64,000 nt of DNA. Origin: Bdellovibrionales bacterium (lineage in GTDB: Bacteria; Bdellovibrionota; Bdellovibrionia; Bdellovibrionales; DASUEL01). Positions within the stretch are counted from its first letter, which is position 1; each line of letters begins with the position of its first letter. Position numbers and translations under genes: made by a program. This document shows positions 1-8,854 of this stretch, in pieces. Below the pieces are notes generated by a model. That model saw only the letters and a program-made list of their open reading frames with translations. It was not told where the DNA came from and did not search any database. Location: NCBI GenBank assembly GCA_050250255.1, contig JBFWOZ010000008.1, positions 1 through 64,000 on the forward strand, given 5' to 3'.

Positions 1-190
1 AAAACCGAAAACGTACGTTAAAATTAAAAAAACTTTCTCACGGAGAATATGTTTCAGAACTCAGCAGGACCCGGACGCCTATAGAAATGGAAGTGCGAGT
101 AAAGGTAGGAGACAACACAGAAAAATTTGACGTTGTTCTTCCACAGAGAAAATAAAAAATAAGCAGAGTTCCGTTGTGAATGACTCGCTC

Positions 191-1291
191 TTAGTTGGCC
201 TTTAAAAGGCTCACTGTGAATTTTGCTCCGCGGCCTTCCTGACTCGACACTTGGATTGAACCACCCCACGATTGTGCGATCTTTAAAGAGGTCGCTAAAC
301 CTAATCCCGTTCCTTGCCCAATATCTTTGGTTGTAAAGAATGGTTTAAATAACTGAGACAAATTCTTTTCAGCAATTCCGCAACCAGTATCCTGTATAGC
401 GAGCTCAACTCGGTCGCTTTGATTTTGAACTTGAATGGAAATTTTATGTTCGTCTTTTTTGCCGGTCTTTTTTGCGTCCTCAATAGCATGCATGGAATTG
501 ACGAGAAGGTTGAGCACCACTTGTCCCAAAGGACCCGCCTCAGCCCTCACAAAAAAAGACTCGTTAATATTTGAATCTAATTTAATATTTTTTCTTTCCA
601 ATTCATGACTTATAAGATTCAAAACATCTTGAACGGTATCATTGAGATTTACTGATGTTACGAAGTCAGATTGGTTCCCACGAGCAAGGTGTAGTAACGA
701 ATTCACTAATTTTGCAATCCGCTCTATTTGAGAAATAATAAGTCCCATGTCCGCCGTTATACTGCCATGATCATGATACTTTTTAGCCAACAACTCTGCT
801 CGACCACTAATGACTCCAAGAGGAGTCCCAATCTCGTGGGCCAGACTCGACGCAAGTAGCCCAAGAGAAGCCAATCTATCTTGCTGGAGAATTTGAGCCA
901 AATCTTGGGCGTGTTTTATCGAATATCTGATAGCACGCTCTAAAAGTAATGAAGTGATTTGCCCTTTCACTAAATAGTCGGCTGCGCCCATTTGCATCGC
1001 TTGTACGTCAAGCTCAAAGTCTCCATGCCCAGTAAGAACTATGATAGGACACGATTTTCCGAGCCGCTGGGCTTCCTGCAAAAGTTCAAGGCCCGTATGC
1101 CCGCCCAGTCGGAAATCAAGTAAACAAGCATCAAACTTTGCCTGAGCTAATTCATCCAAACCTGTTTGATACGTGGACTTCCACGTAAGATGATATTTAA
1201 CGCCTTTGATCTCTCTCAATAAGTCTCTGATATTAACGAAATCATCTTCATCGTCGTCAATGAGGAGGATTCGTAATTCATTTTCACTCAC
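191..1291 (-). CDS. Hybrid response regulator / sensor histidine kinase (REC-HisKA-HATPase)
   Basis: N-terminal receiver (LLIDDDEDD, LLDFRL, ADYLVK); H-box LAHEIGTPL; N box QVVLNLLVNS; G1/F/G2 boxes DTGCG, FKPFFTTK, GTGLGL. Confidence 0.93.
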   Translation of the reverse strand: MSENELRILLIDDDEDDFVNIRDLLREIKGVKYHLTWKSTYQTGLDELAQAKFDACLLDFRLGGHTGLELLQEAQRLGKSCPIIVLTGHGDFELDVQAMQMGAADYLVKGQITSLLLERAIRYSIKHAQDLAQILQQDRLASLGLLASSLAHEIGTPLGVISGRAELLAKKYHDHGSITADMGLIISQIERIAKLVNSLLHLARGNQSDFVTSVNLNDTVQDVLNLISHELERKNIKLDSNINESFFVRAEAGPLGQVVLNLLVNSMHAIEDAKKTGKKDEHKISIQVQNQSDRVELAIQDTGCGIAEKNLSQLFKPFFTTKDIGQGTGLGLATSLKIAQSWGGSIQVSSQEGRGAKFTVSLLKAN

Positions 1292-1752
1292 AACTTGGGC
1301 CTATCAACTTCTTGGGGAAGTTCAACAATTTCTAACCAATATCTTCCTAAGTCCTTCATGACTTGAACAAGAGCGCTGAATGTGACAGGTTTTGAAACAA
1401 AAGAATTCACTCCGAGATTATAAGTTTTATAAATGTCTTCTTCAGCTTTTGAAGTTGTCAGCACGACGACTGGTATTTGCCTCAAGCTAGGATGATTTTT
1501 TATTTCTTTTAAGGCTTCACGTCCGTCTTTTTTAGGCATATTAAGGTCTAATAAGATTAATCCTGGTCGTGGGTACCTCTTCTTATCGGCAAATTTCCCC
1601 TCGTGAAGAAGATAATCCATAAGGTCTTCACCATCGTTAACAAAAAAAAGTTCATTTACCACACGACTTTCCTGCAAAGCCTCTTTAATCATTTGACGGT
1701 CTTCTTGATCATCATCAGCAATAAGGATAGGCACTTGACTTGTTATTTTCAT
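1288..1752 (-). CDS. Single-domain response regulator (Rcp1-like)
   Basis: ILIADDD, LILLDLNMPKKDGREAL, VVVLTTS, GVNSFVSKPV; overlaps both neighbours by 4 nt. Confidence 0.93.
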   Translation of the reverse strand: MKITSQVPILIADDDQEDRQMIKEALQESRVVNELFFVNDGEDLMDYLLHEGKFADKKRYPRPGLILLDLNMPKKDGREALKEIKNHPSLRQIPVVVLTTSKAEEDIYKTYNLGVNSFVSKPVTFSALVQVMKDLGRYWLEIVELPQEVDRPKL

Positions 1753-2939
1753 AAAGCTCTCTCCAACATTTGTTTTACGGGTAATACAATAATAAATTTA
1801 GCGCCCTTACCAGGCGCAGATGTAGCTGTTAAATGTCCTCGATGTCTATCAACAATCTTTCGGCAAACGGCTAAGCCAATGCCCGTTCCCTGGTATTCTT
1901 GTTTCCCATGAAGCCGCTGAAATATTGTAAAAATACGATCAAGGTATTTTTCATCAAAACCGATCCCATTGTCTTCAACGGTAATTTGACATGCACTACT
2001 ACCCCCCAATACCGAACTCTCAACAATCTTTGTCTCAATTTTTACAACTGGGGGAATATTAGGCTGATGAAATTTCAAAGCATTGCCCACAAGATTTTGA
2101 AATAATTGATGCATCTGGGTGGCATCGGCTTGAACAGTTGCAAGATTCTTCCATTCCATTTTTCCACGGGTTTGCTCAAGACGAACCTCTAACGTAGAAG
2201 CCACCTGTTCCATGACCTGATTTAAATCTACATTTACAAAAGGTTGAGCCTTTGTCGTAACGCGTGAGTAGCTCAGTAAGTCGTCAATAAGAGTTTGCAT
2301 CCGACTTGCGGAGTTTTGAATTCGCGTCAGATAGTCAATTTCATCTTCCGATAATTTCTCTTGCGTTTTCGTTTTTAAGCGGTCTGAAAAAGATTGAATC
2401 TTTCTCAGAGGCTCTTGCAAATCGTGGGCTGCAACAGAAGCAAAATCTTGTAGCTCCTTATTGCTCACTTCGAGTTTTTGCGCATAAACCTTCAGCTGAT
2501 CTTCAGCTAATTTTCGCTCAGTAATTTCATATCTGACAGCTGCGTATTGCTCAGGTGTGCCATCTGCACCTAAAAAAGGCACGATGGATGTATGAACCCA
2601 ATAGTATGAACCATCTTTCGCCCTGTTCTTAATTTCACCTTCCCAAACTTTTCCTGAAGAAATCGTTTTCCACATCTCGATAAAAAATTCCTTAGGATGG
2701 AATCCGGAGTTGATGATTTTATGAGTTTTCCCAATCAGCTCGCTCAATGGATATTGCGAAATGGCGCAAAACTTCTTATTCGCGTAGGTGATAATTCCAC
2801 GCTTATCTGTGATCGCCACAATTGCAGCCTCATCAATCGCCGACTTAAGGTGTACGAAATCCTGACCTGAAAGACCTTCTGATCCTTGTGTGCCGATAAT
2901 GCCTCCGAAGTAGTTCCTATCGTCTATCAATTCTCTCAT
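1749..2939 (-). CDS. PAS/PAC sensor histidine kinase (phytochrome-type kinase core, no bilin module)
   Basis: PAS/PAC (AITDKRGIITYAN...NRAKDGSYYWV); H-box AAHDLQEPLRKI; NLVGNALKF; DNGIG; IFQRLH; GTGIGL. Start set at ATG 2939. Confidence 0.92.
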   Translation of the reverse strand: MRELIDDRNYFGGIIGTQGSEGLSGQDFVHLKSAIDEAAIVAITDKRGIITYANKKFCAISQYPLSELIGKTHKIINSGFHPKEFFIEMWKTISSGKVWEGEIKNRAKDGSYYWVHTSIVPFLGADGTPEQYAAVRYEITERKLAEDQLKVYAQKLEVSNKELQDFASVAAHDLQEPLRKIQSFSDRLKTKTQEKLSEDEIDYLTRIQNSASRMQTLIDDLLSYSRVTTKAQPFVNVDLNQVMEQVASTLEVRLEQTRGKMEWKNLATVQADATQMHQLFQNLVGNALKFHQPNIPPVVKIETKIVESSVLGGSSACQITVEDNGIGFDEKYLDRIFTIFQRLHGKQEYQGTGIGLAVCRKIVDRHRGHLTATSAPGKGAKFIIVLPVKQMLERAL

Positions 2940-2955
2940 ATAATTGCTATCAACT

Positions 2956-2971
2956 TGCAGGCTTAGGACCA
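2956..2971 (-). promoter_or_regulatory. Putative sigma54 (-24/-12) promoter of the kinase operon
   Basis: Minus strand reads TGGTCCTAAGCCTGCA (GG-N10-GC), about 17 nt upstream of the ATG at 2939. Confidence 0.4.
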
Positions 2972-3009
2972 AGCCCAGAGTGTTTTAAAACACCTAAAAA
3001 CATCCTTCC

Positions 3010-3051
3010 TTGCCACTTTGGCTCATTGACGCATTGCCAACTTGTCTCATT
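3010..3051. repeat. Imperfect 18-bp direct repeat, candidate activator binding sites
   Basis: ttgccactttggctcatt (3010-3027) vs ttgccaacttgtctcatt (3034-3051); 15/18 identical, 24-bp period. Confidence 0.55.
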
Positions 3052-3087
3052 CATGGCTTTGAAAGCATTTAAATCAGATTAGAGCCT

Positions 3088-3103
3088 AGGTCTCTCTTTT
3101 GCT
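3088..3103 (+). promoter_or_regulatory. Putative sigma54 promoter of the osmC-dps operon
   Basis: AGGTCTCTCTTTTGCT (GG-N10-GC ending TTGC), about 14 nt upstream of the ATG at 3117. Confidence 0.4.
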
Positions 3104-3116
3104 TTGTTGGTCTCAC

Positions 3117-3563
3117 ATGAAAGCAAAGTTGAAGTGGAAAGATCAAATGGTGTTTGAAGGAGTAGTTGATGGGCATAGAATTACTATGGATGCTAAGGCA
3201 CCATTTGGTAAAAACATGGGTCCCTCCCCTAAAGAGCTTGTAGCTTTGGGTATGGGTGGCTGTACGGCCATGGACGTTATCTCTCTTCTACATAAGAACA
3301 AGCAACTTCCCCAAACTTTTGAAATCGAAGTGGAAGTCGACATATTACCGACCGAAGGAAAGCAACCCGCCGTTTTTTCACAAGCACTCCTCTCTTTCAT
3401 CGTAACCGGAAATATTGAACCCGCAAGCCTGGTTGAAGCCGTCTATCTTTCTCAGTCAAAATATTGTGGCGTCAGCGCGATGCTTTCAAAATCATTTCCC
3501 ATCAGCTATCGAATTGAACTTAATGGTGCCGAAGTCGGCGCGGGCAAAGCTCGATTTTCTTAA
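3117..3563 (+). CDS. OsmC/YhfA family protein
   Basis: GPSPKELV..GMGGCTAMDV and SQSKYCGVSAML (the two conserved Cys); start set at ATG 3117. Confidence 0.9.
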   Translation: MKAKLKWKDQMVFEGVVDGHRITMDAKAPFGKNMGPSPKELVALGMGGCTAMDVISLLHKNKQLPQTFEIEVEVDILPTEGKQPAVFSQALLSFIVTGNIEPASLVEAVYLSQSKYCGVSAMLSKSFPISYRIELNGAEVGAGKARFS

Positions 3564-3589
3564 CAACCTATTTCCTTAAGGAGGAACTC

Positions 3590-4069
3590 ATGAAAGGCCT
3601 AATTATTGATATCGGAATACCGGCGGAAGATCGTAAAAAAGTAGCCGATGGTCTTTCATGCTTACTCGCTGATTCTTATACTCTTTATTTAAAAACACAT
3701 TATTTTCATTGGAACGTAACGGGACCTATGTTTCAAACTCTGCATCTTATGTTTGAAACACACTATACAGAACTAGCGCTGGCTGTTGATGTTATTGCTG
3801 AGCGAATCCGATCTTTAGGTCATCCTGCACCTGGCACTTACAAAACTTTTCAGCAATTAACCAAGATAAAAGAAACGGTGGATATCCCTAACGCCAAAGA
3901 GATGATTCGTCTTTTAGTAGAAGGAAATGAAACGCTCGTAAGAACAGCTCGTAGTGTTTTCCCGATAGCTGAGAAAGCTCAAGATGAAGCAACAGCGGAT
4001 CTGCTCACTCAACGTATTCAGCTCCACGAGAAAACCGCCTGGATGCTCAGAAGTTTACTTGAGGAATAA
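3590..4069 (+). CDS. dps: Dps DNA-binding ferritin-like protein
   Basis: LYLKTHYFHWNVTGPMFQTLHLMFE, DVIAERIRSLG, HEKTAWML; GGAGG RBS. Confidence 0.96.
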   Translation: MKGLIIDIGIPAEDRKKVADGLSCLLADSYTLYLKTHYFHWNVTGPMFQTLHLMFETHYTELALAVDVIAERIRSLGHPAPGTYKTFQQLTKIKETVDIPNAKEMIRLLVEGNETLVRTARSVFPIAEKAQDEATADLLTQRIQLHEKTAWMLRSLLEE

Positions 4070-4102
4070 TCAAACGAAATAAATGAAGCTAAGGAGTGTG
4101 TT

Positions 4103-4531
4103 GTGAAACTAAAATCTAAAAAGAAAAATGCTGGAGTTTGGCTAGACCAATCAAAGGCAGTAATCGTATTAATCGATGGTAAAAATATAGATGTTAAGAA
4201 ATTAAAATCTTCTTTGAAACGACATCATAAGGCAACTGGAGGCTCTCGAAAGGCACTACCTTATGTCTATAACGGTGGAGCTGATGGACATAATGAAGAG
4301 AACAAAAGAAAGCAGGAATTAAAAGAGTACTTTGATAAAATCCTTGAGGCTGTTCAAGACGCAAACAAGCTGTATATTTTTGGACCATCAGCAGCTAAGT
4401 TTGGGCTACAAAATCAAATTGAAAGCTCGGGAAAAATTAAAAATGCCACGGTTGAAGTCTCCGACAACTTAACAGATCGCCAAATTATTGCACATGTTAA
4501 AAAGCATTACCATGCGTTGACAGGGCATTAG
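4103..4531 (+). CDS. Hypothetical protein resembling eRF1 domain-2-like / baeRF / host-attachment-type proteins
   Basis: GVWLDQSKAVIV, YFDKI...LYIFGPSAAK, DNLTDRQIIA..K..Y pattern; AAGGAG RBS with GTG start. Confidence 0.6.
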   Translation: MKLKSKKKNAGVWLDQSKAVIVLIDGKNIDVKKLKSSLKRHHKATGGSRKALPYVYNGGADGHNEENKRKQELKEYFDKILEAVQDANKLYIFGPSAAKFGLQNQIESSGKIKNATVEVSDNLTDRQIIAHVKKHYHALTGH

Positions 4532-4542
4532 TCGGAATACTT

Positions 4543-4710
4543 ATGAAAGTATTTTTTAAAGCTCTGTCTCTTTGGTTTGGAATCTTCATCATTGCGTTTA
4601 TTAATGGAGCTATCAGAGAACTTGTTATCAAACTCTCGTCACTAGTGCTCGTATGGATTGCCTTACACTATATGTTCCTCACCGGTCGGCTCCCCTTGAG
4701 GATTCAATGA
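4543..4710 (+). CDS. Small membrane protein, 55 aa (below the ORF-track cut-off), possibly internally deleted
   Basis: MKVFFKALSLWFGIFIIAFINGAIRELVIKLSSLVLVWIALHYMFLTGRLPLRIQ*; its stop overlaps the next ATG (ATGA at 4707-4710). Confidence 0.6.
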   Translation: MKVFFKALSLWFGIFIIAFINGAIRELVIKLSSLVLVWIALHYMFLTGRLPLRIQ

Positions 4711-5987
4711 ACAATGTAAAAAAAATAACTTCTCAAATAAATTCAGGTGATCGTGTATTTGTTCATGGAGGGAGCGCAACTCCTAACGCCATCCTGGATA
4801 TCCTCGTCAGTGAAGCCGACCGTCTACAAAATGTTGAGCTAATGCATCTACATACGCATGGATCACCAAAATACGCAGATCCCAAACTGAGGAAAAGCTT
4901 CCAAGTGACCAATCTCTTTGTTGGCGCTAATATGCGAGACCACCTTGACTACGAAACCAATGACTATCTACCGTGCTTCCTCTCGGAAATTCCACAACTT
5001 TTTTTAAGCGGAGCGCGTGCGCCAGATGTTGCAATTTTGCACCTCTCTCCACCCGACAAAAATGGATTCTGCTCACTAGGTACGAGTGTTGATGTCGCTC
5101 TCGCCGCATTCCAATCCTCAAAAAGAGTGATTGCACAACTCAATAGCCAAATGCCTCGCACACATGGTGACGGGTTTATCCATATCAGCGAAATTGATGA
5201 TTCTATTGAAGTGAACGAACCTCTATTTCAAGCAACCCCTCACACGTTGACTGAGGCTGAAATGAAAATTGGTTCTCTTGTCTCTACACTTGTCGAAGAT
5301 GGTGCTTGTCTGCAGGTTGGCATTGGTTCGGTGCCTGATGCCGTGTTGAATGCTCTTAAAACTCATAAACATTTAGGGATTCATAGTGAGATGTGGTCGG
5401 ATGGTGTTTTAACTCTTATCCAAGGAGGAAACGTCGATAACTCCAGAAAACTTGTGCATCCCGGGAAAACCGTTTCAGGATTTATTATTGGCTCACAAGC
5501 AGTCTATGACTTCATTAACGATAACCCCTCTGTTCTGCAATTAGGAATGGATTACGTTAATAACCCAAATATTATTTCGCGAAATCCGAAAGTAGTGGCT
5601 ATTAATTCTGCGGTTGAAATTGATCTCACGGGCCAGATCTGTGCAGATTCTGTCGGGCACTCTATTATTTCAGGCGTCGGCGGACAGATGGATTTCATGA
5701 GAGGCGCAGCTCTCGCGCCTGGCGGTAAAGCCATTATCGCAATCACATCTCGTACCAAGCATGGTGATTCAAGAATTGTTTCTTCATTAAGAAGTGGTGC
5801 GGGAGTTGTTACTACGAGATCACATGTCCACCATGTCGTGACAGAATATGGAATTGCGGATCTCTATGGCAAAACATTGGGTGAACGAGCAAAAGCGCTT
5901 ATCTTGATCGCTCACCCGGAAGATCGAGAGAAGCTAACAAAAGAATGGTACGAAATTATTCACAAAAAAACTAAAGCGAGAGGTTAA
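4707..5987 (+). CDS. Acetyl-CoA hydrolase/transferase family (4-hydroxybutyrate CoA-transferase-like)
   Basis: SLGTSVD, MPRTHGD, LQVGIGSVPDAV, GIHSEM, GVGGQMDF, VVTEYG, IAHPEDRE; start set at ATG 4707. Confidence 0.93.
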   Translation: MNNVKKITSQINSGDRVFVHGGSATPNAILDILVSEADRLQNVELMHLHTHGSPKYADPKLRKSFQVTNLFVGANMRDHLDYETNDYLPCFLSEIPQLFLSGARAPDVAILHLSPPDKNGFCSLGTSVDVALAAFQSSKRVIAQLNSQMPRTHGDGFIHISEIDDSIEVNEPLFQATPHTLTEAEMKIGSLVSTLVEDGACLQVGIGSVPDAVLNALKTHKHLGIHSEMWSDGVLTLIQGGNVDNSRKLVHPGKTVSGFIIGSQAVYDFINDNPSVLQLGMDYVNNPNIISRNPKVVAINSAVEIDLTGQICADSVGHSIISGVGGQMDFMRGAALAPGGKAIIAITSRTKHGDSRIVSSLRSGAGVVTTRSHVHHVVTEYGIADLYGKTLGERAKALILIAHPEDREKLTKEWYEIIHKKTKARG

Positions 5988-5988
5988 T

Positions 5989-7044
5989 ATGAAAAAAATG
6001 AAAGCAGCCGTCTTTGTAAGACCAGGAAAAATCGAACTCCAAGAAAAACCGATTCCAGAAGTCGGCCCGACAGATGCTCTACTAAAGATCACAACGACCA
6101 CAATCTGTGGAACAGATGTGCATATTCTTAAAGGTGAATATCCGGTGAAGGCTGGATTAACAATTGGTCATGAACCCGTTGGCACCATTGCCGCCTTCGG
6201 CCAAGCTGTAACAGGCTACAATATCGGCGACAGAGTCATTGTCGGCGCTATCACCCCTTGCGGACAGTGCGCTCCCTGTTTAGATAGTCATCACTCACAG
6301 TGCGGCGGTCATGCCATGGGTGGTTGGAAATTCGGCAATTCCATCGACGGTTGCCAGGCAGAATACGTGCTCGTACCAAACGCAATGGCAAATCTCACTC
6401 CAGTTCCAAGCACATTGACGGACGAACAAGTTTTGATGTGTCCAGATATTATGAGCACAGGGTTTAGTGGTGCAGAAAGTGGACAAATCAGAATTGGTGA
6501 TAGTGTAGCCGTTTTTGCACAAGGCCCAATAGGGCTCTGTGCAACTGCTGGTGCAAAGCTTAAAGGCGCCAGTGAGATCTTTGTTGTCGACAGCATTGAA
6601 AGCCGACTCCATATTTCTAAAAGCTTTGGCGCAACAAAAACGATCAATTTTAAAACCCATGATCCGGTTTCGGTGATTATGGACGCAACACACGGCCGCG
6701 GTGTTGATGTCGCAATTGAAGCATTGGGAACTCAGTCGACGTTTGAAGCCTGTTTAAGAGTATTACGTCCAGGAGGAAGTCTTTCGAGCCTTGGTGTCTA
6801 CTCTGGAAAACTCACTCTACCTTTAGATGCGTTTGCAGCTGGACTCGGAGATCACAAAATCGTCACTACACTTTGTCCCGGTGGAAAAGAAAGAATGCGC
6901 CGACTCCTTAACGTAGTGGCATCAGGAGCCGTGGATCTTAAGCCCCTAGTGACACACCGATTTAAGTTGGACGAGATCGAAAAAGCTTATGATTTATTTG
7001 CCAACCAGCGTGATGGAGTTTTGAAAATTGCCATCACCCCGTAA
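5989..7044 (+). CDS. Zinc-dependent NAD(P) alcohol dehydrogenase (MDR family)
   Basis: ICGTDVH, GHEPVG, structural Zn motif CGQCAPC...C, CPDIMSTG, QGPIG. Confidence 0.94.
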   Translation: MKKMKAAVFVRPGKIELQEKPIPEVGPTDALLKITTTTICGTDVHILKGEYPVKAGLTIGHEPVGTIAAFGQAVTGYNIGDRVIVGAITPCGQCAPCLDSHHSQCGGHAMGGWKFGNSIDGCQAEYVLVPNAMANLTPVPSTLTDEQVLMCPDIMSTGFSGAESGQIRIGDSVAVFAQGPIGLCATAGAKLKGASEIFVVDSIESRLHISKSFGATKTINFKTHDPVSVIMDATHGRGVDVAIEALGTQSTFEACLRVLRPGGSLSSLGVYSGKLTLPLDAFAAGLGDHKIVTTLCPGGKERMRRLLNVVASGAVDLKPLVTHRFKLDEIEKAYDLFANQRDGVLKIAITP

Positions 7045-7059
7045 CGAAGGGCATTTGGC

Positions 7060-7395
7060 TTAGCATTTAATATCTTTGATTTGTAATGAGATCTGTTGGG
7101 TGAAGGAATTCATTAAGGATATCATTCGGTTAAAATTCTTTTTATTAATACAATACTTTGAGCGGGGACCATCGACCTCGCCGATAATCAAACCCGAAGC
7201 CTTGAGTGCTTTTAAATGCTGACTGACTGTGGATTGAGCTAGCGGGAGATCAATCACTAAATCTCCACAAATACATTCTTGTTTTTCAGCTAACGCTCTT
7301 AAGATCACAATGCGAGCCGGGTGACTTAATGCCTTCGCAAAATCTGCCAATGTAATTTCTTTATCGGGAAACTCTTCTACTCTTGCCAGTGCCAT
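7060..7395 (-). CDS. arsR: ArsR/SmtB family arsenic-responsive repressor
   Basis: [29 protein letters not shown]; divergent from arsC. Confidence 0.9.
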   Translation of the reverse strand: MALARVEEFPDKEITLADFAKALSHPARIVILRALAEKQECICGDLVIDLPLAQSTVSQHLKALKASGLIIGEVDGPRSKYCINKKNFNRMISLMNSFTQQISLQIKDIKC

Positions 7396-7408
7396 ATTTA
7401 GTACGTAT

Positions 7409-7424
7409 ATCGTAGCTATACGAT
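7409..7424. promoter_or_regulatory. Probable ArsR operator palindrome
   Basis: ATCGTA-GCTA-TACGAT lies in the 49-bp divergent arsR/arsC gap. Confidence 0.7.
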
Positions 7425-7444
7425 TAATACAATAGGAGACTCTA

Positions 7445-7873
7445 ATGAAGATACTATTTATGTGTGTCGCGAACTCCGCTCGTAGCCAATTAGCCGAAGG
7501 ACTCGCAAGAAAAACATTCGGGACATCGGCAGAAATTCAAAGCGCAGGTTCGCAACCCACCAAAGTCAATCCCATTGCCATTAAAGCCATGCAAGAAATC
7601 GGGCTCGATATCACAAAGCATACTTCAAAAACTTACGAACAGTTGCCTACTCTATTTACTTCCGATTTAAACTACATCATCACTCTTTGTGCAGAAGAAG
7701 TCTGCCCCATCGTCATATCCAAGACGGCGAAAAAACTCCATTGGCCTTTTCAAGACCCTGCTCGAAAAGATTTGTCTGAAGAAGAACAACTGAAACTTTT
7801 CCGTGAAGCGCGGGATGGGATTCAAAAAAAGATCGAAGCTTTTGCTAAAGATTTGAATGGCGGAAAATCTTAA
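7445..7873 (+). CDS. arsC: Arsenate reductase, thioredoxin/LMW-PTPase type
   Basis: P-loop [34 protein letters not shown]. Confidence 0.93.
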   Translation: MKILFMCVANSARSQLAEGLARKTFGTSAEIQSAGSQPTKVNPIAIKAMQEIGLDITKHTSKTYEQLPTLFTSDLNYIITLCAEEVCPIVISKTAKKLHWPFQDPARKDLSEEEQLKLFREARDGIQKKIEAFAKDLNGGKS

Positions 7874-8514
7874 TGAAAAAATATATTGCGGAATTTTTAG
7901 GAACAGCTTTTTTGCTTGCCATCGTTGCAGGCTCAGGAATCATGGGCGAAAATTTATCTCAAGGGAATGCGGCCATCGCTCTGCTTGCAAATGCAATAGC
8001 AACGGGCGCAGGTCTTTTTGTTCTTATTCAATGTGTAGGCCCTATTTCGGGAGCACATTTTAATCCAGCGGTTACACTGGTCGAATTTTTTTGGCGCAGA
8101 ATTGAAAAGCATGAAGCTCTCCTTTATTGTTTGGCACAACTTCTAGGAGCTTTAACGGGTATATTTGTGGCACACCTCATGTTTGGTCTCCCTCTCCTAC
8201 AAGTTTCTCAAAAAAGTCGTTCTGGTTTTCATCTTATGGCTTCAGAGTTCGTGGCTACATTCGGTCTCATCATGGTGATTGGACTTGCAGGACGAAAACG
8301 AGTGGAATGGGCGCCACTCACAATTGCAGCCTACATCACGTCAGCCTATTGGTTTACTTCATCAACCTCCTTTGCAAACCCCGCCGTGACTTTTGCTCGA
8401 GCTTGGACCAATACATTTTGTGGTATTGCCCCTACTGACATCTGGGGATTCTTTTTGGCCCAAGGCTTAGGGGCATTCGCAGCCTTTTTAACGCTCAAAG
8501 GATTAGAGTCATAG
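7873..8514 (+). CDS. MIP/aquaglyceroporin, AqpS-like arsenite channel
   Basis: ISGAHFNPAVT and FTSSTSFANPAVT NPA motifs; coupled to arsC. Confidence 0.9.
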   Translation: MKKYIAEFLGTAFLLAIVAGSGIMGENLSQGNAAIALLANAIATGAGLFVLIQCVGPISGAHFNPAVTLVEFFWRRIEKHEALLYCLAQLLGALTGIFVAHLMFGLPLLQVSQKSRSGFHLMASEFVATFGLIMVIGLAGRKRVEWAPLTIAAYITSAYWFTSSTSFANPAVTFARAWTNTFCGIAPTDIWGFFLAQGLGAFAAFLTLKGLES

Positions 8515-8560
8515 TTTTTGTTTTATTGCAGTACAAAAAAGGAACTGTTACTTTACTCGC

Positions 8561-8812
8561 ATGACTGAATACAACAGCCATTCAAAAGAACCGCAAGAAG
8601 CCCCTATTAAAGTTCCCATCGATGCGTTAAGCCCTGAGGCACTTCTTGGTGTTGTTCACGAATTTATTCAGCGTGAGGGCACAGATTATGGCCATAGTGA
8701 AGTTTCATTAGAAACTAAGACCGAACAAATTCTTAAACAACTCAAGAGCGGCTACGCGGAACTTTACTTTGATGCCAGCACAGAGTCGGTTACTCTCGTC
8801 CGCAAAAAATGA
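8561..8812 (+). CDS. YheU/UPF0270 family protein
   Basis: LSPEAL.GVVHEFIQREGTDYG..EVSLETK. Confidence 0.85.
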   Translation: MTEYNSHSKEPQEAPIKVPIDALSPEALLGVVHEFIQREGTDYGHSEVSLETKTEQILKQLKSGYAELYFDASTESVTLVRKK

Positions 8813-8854
8813 ATCATGCCTAGACAGAAACTCGACCCCACACTCAAATAGACG

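Noticed and set aside
54..269. 71-aa minus-strand ORF and possible ORF starts in 1-190
   Set aside because: It overlaps the kinase 3' end in another frame and has no motif; the GTG at 41 hits a stop after 5 codons.
1749..2939. Bacteriophytochrome
   Set aside because: The kinase core and partner receiver are phytochrome-type, but there is no GAF/PHY bilin-binding module, only one PAS/PAC.
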